Shown: positions 18,148 through 25,796 of the stretch, piece by piece
Position numbering within the stretch: position 1 is the stretch's first letter
How the letters are laid out: the number at the start of each line of letters is the position of its first letter
From: Candidatus Subteraquimicrobium carltonvillense
GTDB lineage: Bacteria; Actinomycetota; Aquicultoria; Subteraquimicrobiales; Subteraquimicrobiaceae
DNA length: 41,962 nucleotides
Direction of reading: 5' to 3'
Assembly (NCBI GenBank): GCA_002339355.1
Contig: DDKQ01000086.1
Span: 1-41,962 of the forward strand
Program-made: the position numbers and the translations under genes
The notes under the pieces: model-generated
Told to the model about the DNA's origin: nothing
The model's database searches: none
Seen by the model: only the letters and a program-made list of their open reading frames with translations

Positions 18148-19159
18148 GATTAATTCCAAACCTCCCGTGGGAATAGTGGGGATTGGCTCCCATGTTCCCG
18201 AAAGAGTGTTGACAAATTTTGATTTAGAGCAGATTGTGGACACCAGCGACGAATGGATTAAGACCCGAACTGGCATCATCCAGAGACGAATAGCCAATGA
18301 GACCATGTGTACTTCAGATTTAGCATCGGAAGCGGGTCGAAAGGCCCTCATTGATGCCAATGTTGATACCGAAGATATTGATCTCATCATCGTGGCTACC
18401 GCTTCACCCGATATGATTTTTCCCTCCACCGCCTGTCTTACCCAGCATAAATTGGGAGCAAGTTGTCCCGCTTTTGACATTTCTGCCGCTTGCACCGGAT
18501 TCATTTATGGTTTATCCGTTGCCTCTCAATATATAGCCACAGGGGCATTCGAGACGATTCTTCTCATTGGGGCTGATGCCCTAACCCGTTATGTAAACTG
18601 GTTGGATAGAAGTACTTGCATACTCTTTGGAGACGGTGCAGGAGCAGTAGTTCTTCAACGTGCTGAAGAAGGATATGGGATATTGGCCAATTATTTGGCC
18701 GCCGATGGCTCTGGCTCAGATTTACTCAAGATACCAGCTGGTGGTGCTCTCATTCCCGGAAGTGAAAAATCCGTCAAAGCTGGACTCCACCACATTCATA
18801 TGAGTGGCAATGAAGTATTTAAATTCGCCGTTCGTGCCATTTCAGATGCAGCGAAAGGAGCACTAAATTTAGCCAATCTTTCTATTGAGGATGTAGATTA
18901 TTTCATCCCCCATCAAGCGAACAAGCGTATTATCGAGACGGCAGTGGAAAAATTAAAGATCAGTCCAGACAAAGTGGTCACCAACATTCACAAATACGGA
19001 AATACTTCTACTGCTTCCATTCCTCTAGCTTTGGATGAAATTTGGCGAGGAAGGAAATTAAAGCGGGGAGACATTTTACTCTTCGTTGGATTCGGTGCTG
19101 GACTCACCTGGGGAGCAAATGTGGTCCGATGGAGCAAGGAGGTCACCAATGGACTTTAG
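18128..19159 (+). CDS. fabH: 3-oxoacyl-ACP synthase III
   Basis: SDEWI..RTGI..R, active-site AACTGF, HQAN.RI, GNTS.ASIP. Confidence 0.93.
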   Translation: MIVRGNKINSKPPVGIVGIGSHVPERVLTNFDLEQIVDTSDEWIKTRTGIIQRRIANETMCTSDLASEAGRKALIDANVDTEDIDLIIVATASPDMIFPSTACLTQHKLGASCPAFDISAACTGFIYGLSVASQYIATGAFETILLIGADALTRYVNWLDRSTCILFGDGAGAVVLQRAEEGYGILANYLAADGSGSDLLKIPAGGALIPGSEKSVKAGLHHIHMSGNEVFKFAVRAISDAAKGALNLANLSIEDVDYFIPHQANKRIIETAVEKLKISPDKVVTNIHKYGNTSTASIPLALDEIWRGRKLKRGDILLFVGFGAGLTWGANVVRWSKEVTNGL

Positions 19160-20087
19160 GACTGAGATTTGCGATCTGCTAGGGATAGAGTTTCCCATTA
19201 TACAAGGAGGGATGGCCTGGGTTGCCACAGCCGAATTGGCAGCTGCTGTTTCAAATGCAGGTGGTTTAGGGATTATTGGTGCCGGGCACATGCCCGCTGC
19301 GGAATTGGAAAGGGAAATCCTCAAGGCAAAGGAGCTCACGGATAAACCTTTTGGTGTAAACCTCATGCTACTTACCCCGCATGTAGACAAACTGTTCAAA
19401 GTCGTTTTAAAAGAAGAAGTACCCATTGTGACGACGGGCGCGGGAAATCCAGGACGACATATGCCCGCTTTAAAGGAAAGGAATATAAAAGTTCTACCCG
19501 TATGCGCCTCCGTTGTTCTAGCACAGCGACTGGAGCGGGTGGGAGCCGATGCGATAATTGCTGAAGGAATGGAGGCAGGGGGACATATCGGAGATTTAAC
19601 CACTATGGTATTGGTACCGCAGGTTGTGGATGTGGTAAACATCCCAGTCATTGCAGCCGGCGGAATCGCAGATGGAAGAGGATTGGCTGCTGCCCTTGCC
19701 CTGGGCGCTAAGGGTGTTCAGATGGGAACAAGGTTTATGTGTGCTGAAGAGTGTACCATTCATCCAAACGTCAAGGGGAAAGTGGTCAAAGCCAGGAACA
19801 GAGATACAGTGGTTACTGGATATTCCACAGGACATCCCGTGCGGGTACTCAAAAATAAGCTGGCTAAGCAGTTTCAAAAGATGGATGCGGAGGGTCGTGG
19901 TGAGGATTTAGAGAAAATGGGGGTGGGCAAGCTCCGATTGGCCATGCGCGAAGGCGATGTAAAATGGGGAAGTGTAATGGCTGGTCAATGTGCTGGATTG
20001 ATACATGAAATTAAAAGCGCTCGAGAGATCATAAGCGATATCGTCACGGAGGCCCGTCGAGTTTTAACCGAATTAAGCGAATGTTAA
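19149..20087 (+). CDS. fabK: enoyl-ACP reductase II (FMN-dependent, FabK)
   Basis: ATG 19149 after AGGAGG, overlapping the fabH stop. FPIIQGGMAWVATAELAAAVSNAGGLGIIGAG, KPFGVNLMLL, VTTGAGNP, AEGMEAGGHIG, IPVIAAGGIADGRG and GSVMAGQCAGL follow pneumococcal FabK closely. Confidence 0.88.
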   Translation: MDFRTEICDLLGIEFPIIQGGMAWVATAELAAAVSNAGGLGIIGAGHMPAAELEREILKAKELTDKPFGVNLMLLTPHVDKLFKVVLKEEVPIVTTGAGNPGRHMPALKERNIKVLPVCASVVLAQRLERVGADAIIAEGMEAGGHIGDLTTMVLVPQVVDVVNIPVIAAGGIADGRGLAAALALGAKGVQMGTRFMCAEECTIHPNVKGKVVKARNRDTVVTGYSTGHPVRVLKNKLAKQFQKMDAEGRGEDLEKMGVGKLRLAMREGDVKWGSVMAGQCAGLIHEIKSAREIISDIVTEARRVLTELSEC

Positions 20088-20105
20088 GGTAAATAAAACT
20101 CGAAA

Positions 20106-20375
20106 TATTAACGAGTTAGGTTGACACTTTATACATTCGAGGGAGGGGTAAGTGCTTAAGAAAACCGTGTCGGAGCCTCATCTATGAAAACCTTTGAACA
20201 TGTTCACAGTTTTGTAGCGAGGCGAGACCCGAGCGGCCCCGAAGGACTCGTTTCACTCGCCAACGGGGGTAAACGGCCGTAACTGCGCCTGCCCCGTAAA
20301 CGCGACAGCGTTCTTCGGGGTGTTTTCGGAGCACTTCACCCCGACCAGGTGTTAACCCATCTTGTTAATAATACA
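20106..20375 (+). repeat. inverted-repeat-bounded structured element, copy 1 (candidate ncRNA or MITE-like element)
   Basis: 5' arm 20106-20166 and 3' arm 20329-20375 recur at 31239-31299 and 31370-31417. The arms pair with each other in three helices. The 162-nt core is GC-rich. Confidence 0.8.
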
Positions 20376-20389
20376 AATTAACTCAAAAG

Positions 20390-21334
20390 ATGGGGGAGAA
20401 TTCGATTCGGAAAATTGCCTTTATCTTTCCCGGACAAGGATCTCAATATGTTGGGATGGGAAGGGCTTTAGTCGCTTTTCCAAAAGTGGCCCAGTTCTTC
20501 AAAGAGGCAGAGAAAATTCTCGGAAGAGATCTTTCCCTCCTATGCTTTCATGGTCCAAGACAAAAATTAGTAGAAACCGTAAATACGCAACCCGCTGTAT
20601 TCATCATTAATTTCATTTGCTGGTTTCTCTTGAACAAAGAGGGTATTAAACCCGATATCGTTGCGGGCCATAGCCTCGGCGAGTACTCCGCGCTGGTAGC
20701 CGCGGGGGTATTGGATTTTTCGGAGGCCCTAAAGCTCGTTGCCAAACGAGCTGAACTTATGGAAGAAGCTTCGAGAGAATTCCCGGGAAAGATGCTTGCG
20801 GTATTGGGCATGGATTCGACATTCGCCGCAGATATCGTGGGCTCTCTGAGAAGCAATGGGATTATTAACATCGCCAATTATAACTGCCCCGGTCAAGTAG
20901 TAATCTCAGGAGAAAAACAGATGGTCGAACGGGCAGCCAAGTTGTTTAAAGAAGCTGGAGCCAAACGCGTTGTGGAACTAGAGGTAGGCGGGGGATTTCA
21001 CTCCCCCTTAATGAAGAAAGCGGAAAGACGATTCGCTAACCACCTGGATGCTATTTCCTTTAAAGATGCTAAAATACCAGTGGTCTCTAATTACACAGCA
21101 AGACTTTCCACAGAGGGTGAAGAGTTGAAAGATGCATTGCGCAAACAAATTACCGGTTCGGTACTCTGGAAGCAATCCATTCTGCAAATGCTCAAAGTGG
21201 GAATCGATGTCTTCATCGAAGTAGGACCAGGCAAAGTTCTTTCCGGACTAGTTAAAAGGACTGCTCCTTCGGTCAAGATTTTAAATGTTGAAGACGCTGA
21301 ATCTTTTCGTCAAACCATACAAGCTCTATTCTAA
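20390..21334 (+). CDS. fabD: malonyl-CoA:ACP transacylase
   Basis: FIFPGQGSQYVGMG, GHSLGEYSALVAAG, GGFHSPLM. Confidence 0.93.
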   Translation: MGENSIRKIAFIFPGQGSQYVGMGRALVAFPKVAQFFKEAEKILGRDLSLLCFHGPRQKLVETVNTQPAVFIINFICWFLLNKEGIKPDIVAGHSLGEYSALVAAGVLDFSEALKLVAKRAELMEEASREFPGKMLAVLGMDSTFAADIVGSLRSNGIINIANYNCPGQVVISGEKQMVERAAKLFKEAGAKRVVELEVGGGFHSPLMKKAERRFANHLDAISFKDAKIPVVSNYTARLSTEGEELKDALRKQITGSVLWKQSILQMLKVGIDVFIEVGPGKVLSGLVKRTAPSVKILNVEDAESFRQTIQALF

Positions 21335-21506
21335 AACTTAGGCTAGACATAAAATCGCCTGAGGTAGACGAAGCTCTTTTTTGCTACAAAAACGGCTTTA
21401 TCTCAAGTTTAAATTCTAATTTCAAAATACTAAGCACTAAACAATATCAAATGTCTAAAATTCAAAAATCAAAACGAGATGAAATGCGATTAGAAGAGCG
21501 TTTAGG

Positions 21507-21600
21507 ATTTCAAAAATTTTGATTTTGAATTTGCTTAGGATTTAGGATTTCGAATTTAGGATTTGAACCAACTTTCTGGAATTATATCCAGGGTATAATC
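21507..21600 (+). repeat. intergenic repeat family, copy A (upstream of fabG)
   Basis: Shares an identical 24-mer TTAGGATTTCGAATTTAGGATTTG (21542-21565) with 24980-25003. The flanks TTTCAAAAATTT..GATTT and TTTCTGGAATTAT..CCAGG.TATA are also similar. Confidence 0.8.
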
Positions 21601-21625
21601 TAAAACATAAATTTGGGGGTGTGAA

Positions 21626-22369
21626 ATGTTTGATTTGCAGGATAGAGTGGCTCTGGTCACCGGGAGTGCAAGGGGAATTGGATGGATAACTTGTTTAAAA
21701 TTGGCAAAGCTCGGAGCTCACATCGTTGTCAACGATATAACCGGTAAGGAAGCGAATGAGCTCGTTCAAGAGATCGAAAAGCTCGGGAGGAAAGCCACAT
21801 TCATTGAGGCAAATGTTTCCATCCTTGAGGAAGCAAGAAAACTTATCGAGGAAACGGTCAAAATCTTCGGTGGAATCGATATTTTAGTCAACAACGCTGG
21901 AATTACCCGGGATAATCTTCTCATTCGAATGAAGGAAGAAGAATGGGATGCCGTTTTGGCCGTCAATCTTAAGGGTACCTTCAATTGCACACAGGCGGCG
22001 GCAAAATATATGTTGAAGCAACGCCGGGGGACCATAGTAAACATTGCCTCTGTTGTGGGAATCGCTGGAAATGCGGGGCAAGTCAACTATTCAGCCTCCA
22101 AAGCTGGGGTCATTGGACTGACCAAAACAGTGGCTAAAGAACTAGCCTCACGGGGAATTCGAGTTAATGCCATAGCCCCAGGATTCATCGAAACAGATAT
22201 GACCCGAAGGCTCCCGGATGAAATAAGAGAACGGATAATTGGACAGATTTCTCTGGGAAGATTGGGTCGACCGGAGGAAGTCGCAAACCTCATCGCCTTT
22301 TTAGTCTCTGATGAAGCCAGCTATATCACGGGACAGGTAATTCAGGTAGATGGAGGAATACTAATATAA
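21626..22369 (+). CDS. fabG: 3-oxoacyl-ACP reductase
   Basis: [22 protein letters not shown], and PGFIETDM of SDR FabG. Confidence 0.93.
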   Translation: MFDLQDRVALVTGSARGIGWITCLKLAKLGAHIVVNDITGKEANELVQEIEKLGRKATFIEANVSILEEARKLIEETVKIFGGIDILVNNAGITRDNLLIRMKEEEWDAVLAVNLKGTFNCTQAAAKYMLKQRRGTIVNIASVVGIAGNAGQVNYSASKAGVIGLTKTVAKELASRGIRVNAIAPGFIETDMTRRLPDEIRERIIGQISLGRLGRPEEVANLIAFLVSDEASYITGQVIQVDGGILI

Positions 22370-22423
22370 TAATGTATATATCACTTCAAAGTGGAAATTA
22401 ATCGAAAAGGGGGAGAAATGAAA

Positions 22424-22666
22424 ATGAGCGATGAGATCTATGACAAGGTGAAGGATATCATCGCAGAGAAGCTGACTGTAGATGAAAATAAGTTGGCGCC
22501 AGAGACCTCGTTCGTCGATGATTTGGACGCTGATTCCCTAGACATTGTGGAGTTGATTATGGCCCTGGAGGAAGAGTTCGGCATCGAAATATCAGACGAA
22601 GATGCAGAGCGAATCACCACGGTGAAAGATGTGGTGGATTACATTGGAAATAAGCTCGCTGGGTAG
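22424..22666 (+). CDS. acpP: acyl carrier protein
   Basis: [17 protein letters not shown]...[24 protein letters not shown] contains the DSL phosphopantetheine site. Start is at the second ATG (better RBS spacing); 22418 is the alternative. Confidence 0.92.
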   Translation: MSDEIYDKVKDIIAEKLTVDENKLAPETSFVDDLDADSLDIVELIMALEEEFGIEISDEDAERITTVKDVVDYIGNKLAG

Positions 22667-22715
22667 CTGCGAATCTACCTAAACAGCAAAATTGTTTTTA
22701 TTGGGGGAATACCTT

Positions 22716-23684
22716 GTGGAGTTGCCCAAATTGAAAATCGGAGAATGGCAGACTTCACTGCCAATTATACAGGGAGGCATGGCAGTTAGAATCTCCCTTG
22801 CCCCTTTGGCTGCAGCTGTGGCTAATGAGGGGGGAGTTGGAATTATTGCTGGTTCGGGGTTACACCCTCCTGAACTCGCTGAACATATTCGTCGTGCTCG
22901 AAAACTGACCGATGGAATTATCGGAGTAAATATCATGGTGGCGCTGGGGGAATTTGCTGAACTTGTTCGGACTGCCATTCGAGAAAAAGTCGATTTAATC
23001 ATATCAGGAGCGGGTTTTTCCCGTGATGCTTTTAAATGGTGCCACAATGCCAACATACCCTTCGTCCCCGTTGTATCCTCGGAAAGGGTTGCTAAATTGG
23101 CCGAAAGATTCGGTGCAGCCACAATAGTGGTGGAGGGTAAAGAGGCGGGTGGTCATTTGGGAACCGATCAGCCTCTTTTATCCATACTGCCCAGAATCAT
23201 AAAGGCAGTTAAAATCCCCGTTATAGCCGCAGGGGGGATTTTTAGAGGAAGTGATATAGCAAAGGTTCTATCCATGGGTGCCAGTGGAGTTCAGATGGGC
23301 ACTCGATTCGCAGCTAGTGAGGAGAGCAACGCCGCAACTGCATGGAAGGAAACCTACGTTAGGGCCAAACCAGAAGATGTCGTAATCATCGAAAGCCCGG
23401 TGGGCATGCCCGGGAGAGCTCTTCTAACTCCCTTCACTAAAGCTCTTTTCGCTGGGAAAGTCCCCAAACCGGTCGACTATAAAAGATGTGTGAAATGTCT
23501 TAAACATTGCAAAAAGAACTATTGCATCATCGAAGCCTTAGTGAGAGCACAGCGGGGTGATATGAAGAGGGGTTTGGTCTTCTGCGGCGAGCGAGTGGGA
23601 GAAGTAAAGGAGATTTTACCCGTCGGGGAAATTATAAAAAATCTAATCGAGGAGTTTAAAGAGGCGACCTTGAGGGTGGTGTAA
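22716..23684 (+). CDS. nitronate monooxygenase-family protein (second FabK-like paralog) with C-terminal Cys cluster
   Basis: LPIIQGGMAV, GVGIIAG, GVNIMV, VEGKEAGGHLG, IPVIAAGGI, GVQMGTRF. Extra CVKCLKHCKKNYC motif. GTG 22716 is preferred (GGGGGA upstream); start uncertain. Confidence 0.75.
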   Translation: MELPKLKIGEWQTSLPIIQGGMAVRISLAPLAAAVANEGGVGIIAGSGLHPPELAEHIRRARKLTDGIIGVNIMVALGEFAELVRTAIREKVDLIISGAGFSRDAFKWCHNANIPFVPVVSSERVAKLAERFGAATIVVEGKEAGGHLGTDQPLLSILPRIIKAVKIPVIAAGGIFRGSDIAKVLSMGASGVQMGTRFAASEESNAATAWKETYVRAKPEDVVIIESPVGMPGRALLTPFTKALFAGKVPKPVDYKRCVKCLKHCKKNYCIIEALVRAQRGDMKRGLVFCGERVGEVKEILPVGEIIKNLIEEFKEATLRVV

Positions 23685-23685
23685 A

Positions 23686-24927
23686 GTGCAGAGAAGGATC
23701 GTAATCACGGGTCTTGGACCGGTGACTCCAATTGGAATTGGTAAGGAAGCCTACTGGCAATCTTTGGTAATGGGTAATTCAGGTATTTCCGAAATCACTC
23801 ACTTCGATGCCAGTGAGTATCCCACCCGTATAGCTGGAGAGATACAAGATTTTGATCCTACTGCTTTCATAGAGCCCAAAGAGGCAAAACGCATGGATCG
23901 CTTCACCCAATTCGCCATCGCCGCCACCAAACTTGCTTTAGACGACGCAAAACTCAAGATTACTCCATCCATAGCCGAGCGAGTGGGTGTGGTAATCGGT
24001 TCTGGAATTGGGGGACTGGGAACCCTCGAGGAACAACACAAAATCCTGTTGGAAAAGGGACCACGCAGAGTGAGTCCATATCTTATCCCCATGATGATCT
24101 GTGATTTAGCAGCGGGGCAGGTTTCCATCTTCTTCGGAGCTAAAGGTCCAAATACCTGTGTGGTTACCGCTTGTGCCGCGAGCACTCACGCCATCGGTGA
24201 CGCCTTTGAGATGATTAAAAGGGGGATCACCGATATTTGCATCGCGGGAGGCTCAGAGGCTAGTATCACTCCCCTTGGTATTTCCGGTTTCTGCGCCTGC
24301 CGAGCTTTATCGAGACGCAATGACGAACCCACGCGTGCCAGCAGACCCTTTGATGCTCAGCGAGATGGATTCGTCATGTCCGAAGGTGCGGGCATCGTTA
24401 TTCTTGAAACCTTGGAAGGTGCTCGATCCCGAGGTGCACACATCTATGCAGAAGTGGTTGGATATGGTCTAACGGGGGATGCTTACCACATTACTGCACC
24501 ATCTCCAACTGGAGAAGGAGCAGCTCGATCAATGCAGATGGCCCTAGACGAGGCTGATCTTTCCCCCGAACAAGTGGACTACATAAATGCGCATGGAACT
24601 TCCACTCCCTATAATGACGAATTTGAAACTATGGCTATAAAAAAGGTATTTGGAAAACACGCTTATGAACTTCTGGTGAGCTCAACAAAATCGATGACAG
24701 GACATCTTCTGGGAGCAGCGGGTGCTATAGAATTAATCGCCTGTGCCATGACCATTGAGACTGGGATCGTTCCCCCCACCATAAATCTGGAAAAACCTGA
24801 TCCCCTCTGCGATTTAAATTACGTTCCCAACATAGCCGTAAAAAGTGATGTTTCCATAGCCATGTCTAACTCTCTGGGATTCGGTGGACATAATGCTACG
24901 CTGGTTATAAAGAGATTTATAGGCTAG
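23686..24927 (+). CDS. fabF: 3-oxoacyl-ACP synthase II
   Basis: RIVITGLG, active-site ACAAS, INAHGTSTP, GHLLGAAG, NSLGFGGHNA. Confidence 0.94.
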   Translation: MQRRIVITGLGPVTPIGIGKEAYWQSLVMGNSGISEITHFDASEYPTRIAGEIQDFDPTAFIEPKEAKRMDRFTQFAIAATKLALDDAKLKITPSIAERVGVVIGSGIGGLGTLEEQHKILLEKGPRRVSPYLIPMMICDLAAGQVSIFFGAKGPNTCVVTACAASTHAIGDAFEMIKRGITDICIAGGSEASITPLGISGFCACRALSRRNDEPTRASRPFDAQRDGFVMSEGAGIVILETLEGARSRGAHIYAEVVGYGLTGDAYHITAPSPTGEGAARSMQMALDEADLSPEQVDYINAHGTSTPYNDEFETMAIKKVFGKHAYELLVSSTKSMTGHLLGAAGAIELIACAMTIETGIVPPTINLEKPDPLCDLNYVPNIAVKSDVSIAMSNSLGFGGHNATLVIKRFIG

Positions 24928-24936
24928 AAATAGATG

Positions 24937-25052
24937 CTTTCAAAAATTTGGATTTAAGAATTTGGATTTGTTTAGAATATTAGGATTTCGAATTTAGGAT
25001 TTGGACTTAAAGGTTGCCAAACTATTTTCTGAAATTATGCCAGGATATATAA
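24937..25052 (+). repeat. intergenic repeat family, copy B (upstream of rnc)
   Basis: See copy A. Identical 24-mer at 24980-25003, then TTTTCTGAAATTATGCCAGGATATATAAA. Confidence 0.8.
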
Positions 25053-25115
25053 AAGATTCCAATAGAAAGGTTGTGAGATGTTCTGCAGATTGAGGAAAAA
25101 GATAGGGTCACAAAA

Positions 25116-25796
25116 GTGGAGAAGCATCTGGGCATCACCTTCTCCAATAAGAACTTACTCAAGCGGGCTTTAACCCATAGTTCTTTCGCCTTTGAAATGG
25201 GCATGGATGCAAGGGAAGTTTACGAACGTCTGGAGTTCTTAGGCGATGCCATCCTTAATTTCGTGATCACGGATTTTATCTTCTACCGCTTCCCCAGATT
25301 TAATGAGGGAGAATTGGCAAAATTCAGAGCAAACTTGGTTAACTCTGAAGTTTTGGCTAAAGTGGCTCAAGGGATAGGCTTGGGTGAATTTATTTTTATG
25401 GGCAAAGGAGCTGAACTCACTGGAGGGAGAGAAAGGACATCCATCCTTGCGGATTGTTTTGAAGCCGTATTGGGAGCCATATACCTCGATCAAGATTTAA
25501 GCGTAGTTAGAGAGTTCATTCTCAAAAATTTCAAGGATATGATCTTTGAGCAAACCTTAAAGGAATTCTCGGATTTTAAAACGGCTCTCCAAGAATACAC
25601 TATAGAGAAGCTCGGGGCAGTGCCCGAATACCAAATTACCCGTGAAGAAGGGCCCGTTCACGAAAGAATTTTTCACGTAGAAGTTCTGGTTCAAGGCAAG
25701 ATATTAGGCAAAGGAATGGGTCGGAGTAAGAAAAAAGCAGAACAAAGAGCAGCCCAGGAAGCTTTAGAAACACTACGAAGAGAAACTGATGATTAA
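25116..25796 (+). CDS. rnc: ribonuclease III
   Basis: ERLEFLGDAILNFVI signature, EA.LGAIYLD, and a C-terminal dsRBD (GP.H...F.V.V...G.G.G.SKK.AEQ.AA). Confidence 0.93.
   Translation: MEKHLGITFSNKNLLKRALTHSSFAFEMGMDAREVYERLEFLGDAILNFVITDFIFYRFPRFNEGELAKFRANLVNSEVLAKVAQGIGLGEFIFMGKGAELTGGRERTSILADCFEAVLGAIYLDQDLSVVREFILKNFKDMIFEQTLKEFSDFKTALQEYTIEKLGAVPEYQITREEGPVHERIFHVEVLVQGKILGKGMGRSKKKAEQRAAQEALETLRRETDD

Noticed and set aside
20184-20282. 32-codon ORF (MKTFEHVHSFVARRDPSGPEGLVSLANGGKRP*) with a GGAG 9 nt upstream, inside the core of structured element copy 1.
   Set aside because: No counterpart in copy 2, whose core is unrelated and has no comparable ORF. Its composition is dictated by GC-rich hairpins. 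Kept only as a remote possibility.
20106-20375. Assignment of the structured elements to tmRNA, RNase P RNA, SRP/4.5S RNA, glmS, cobalamin, ZTP or other known riboswitches.
   Set aside because: None of their invariant motifs is present (e.g. GGAAAGUCC of RNase P, CAGGUCCGGAAGGAAGCAGC of SRP, the B12 box). 6S-like and Y-RNA-like architecture cannot be excluded by eye and remains a hypothesis in the findings.
20362-20610. 82-aa ORF overlapping the 3' arm of the element and the fabD start.
   Set aside because: It is out of frame with a clear fabD and has an implausible sequence. It is an artefact of the TTG start allowance.
21576-21591. CTGGAATTATATCCAG read as a sigma-54 (-24 GG / -12 GC) promoter.
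   Set aside because: The spacing and the -12 element do not fit TGGCAC-N5-TTGC: CCAG occupies the position where TTGC is required.
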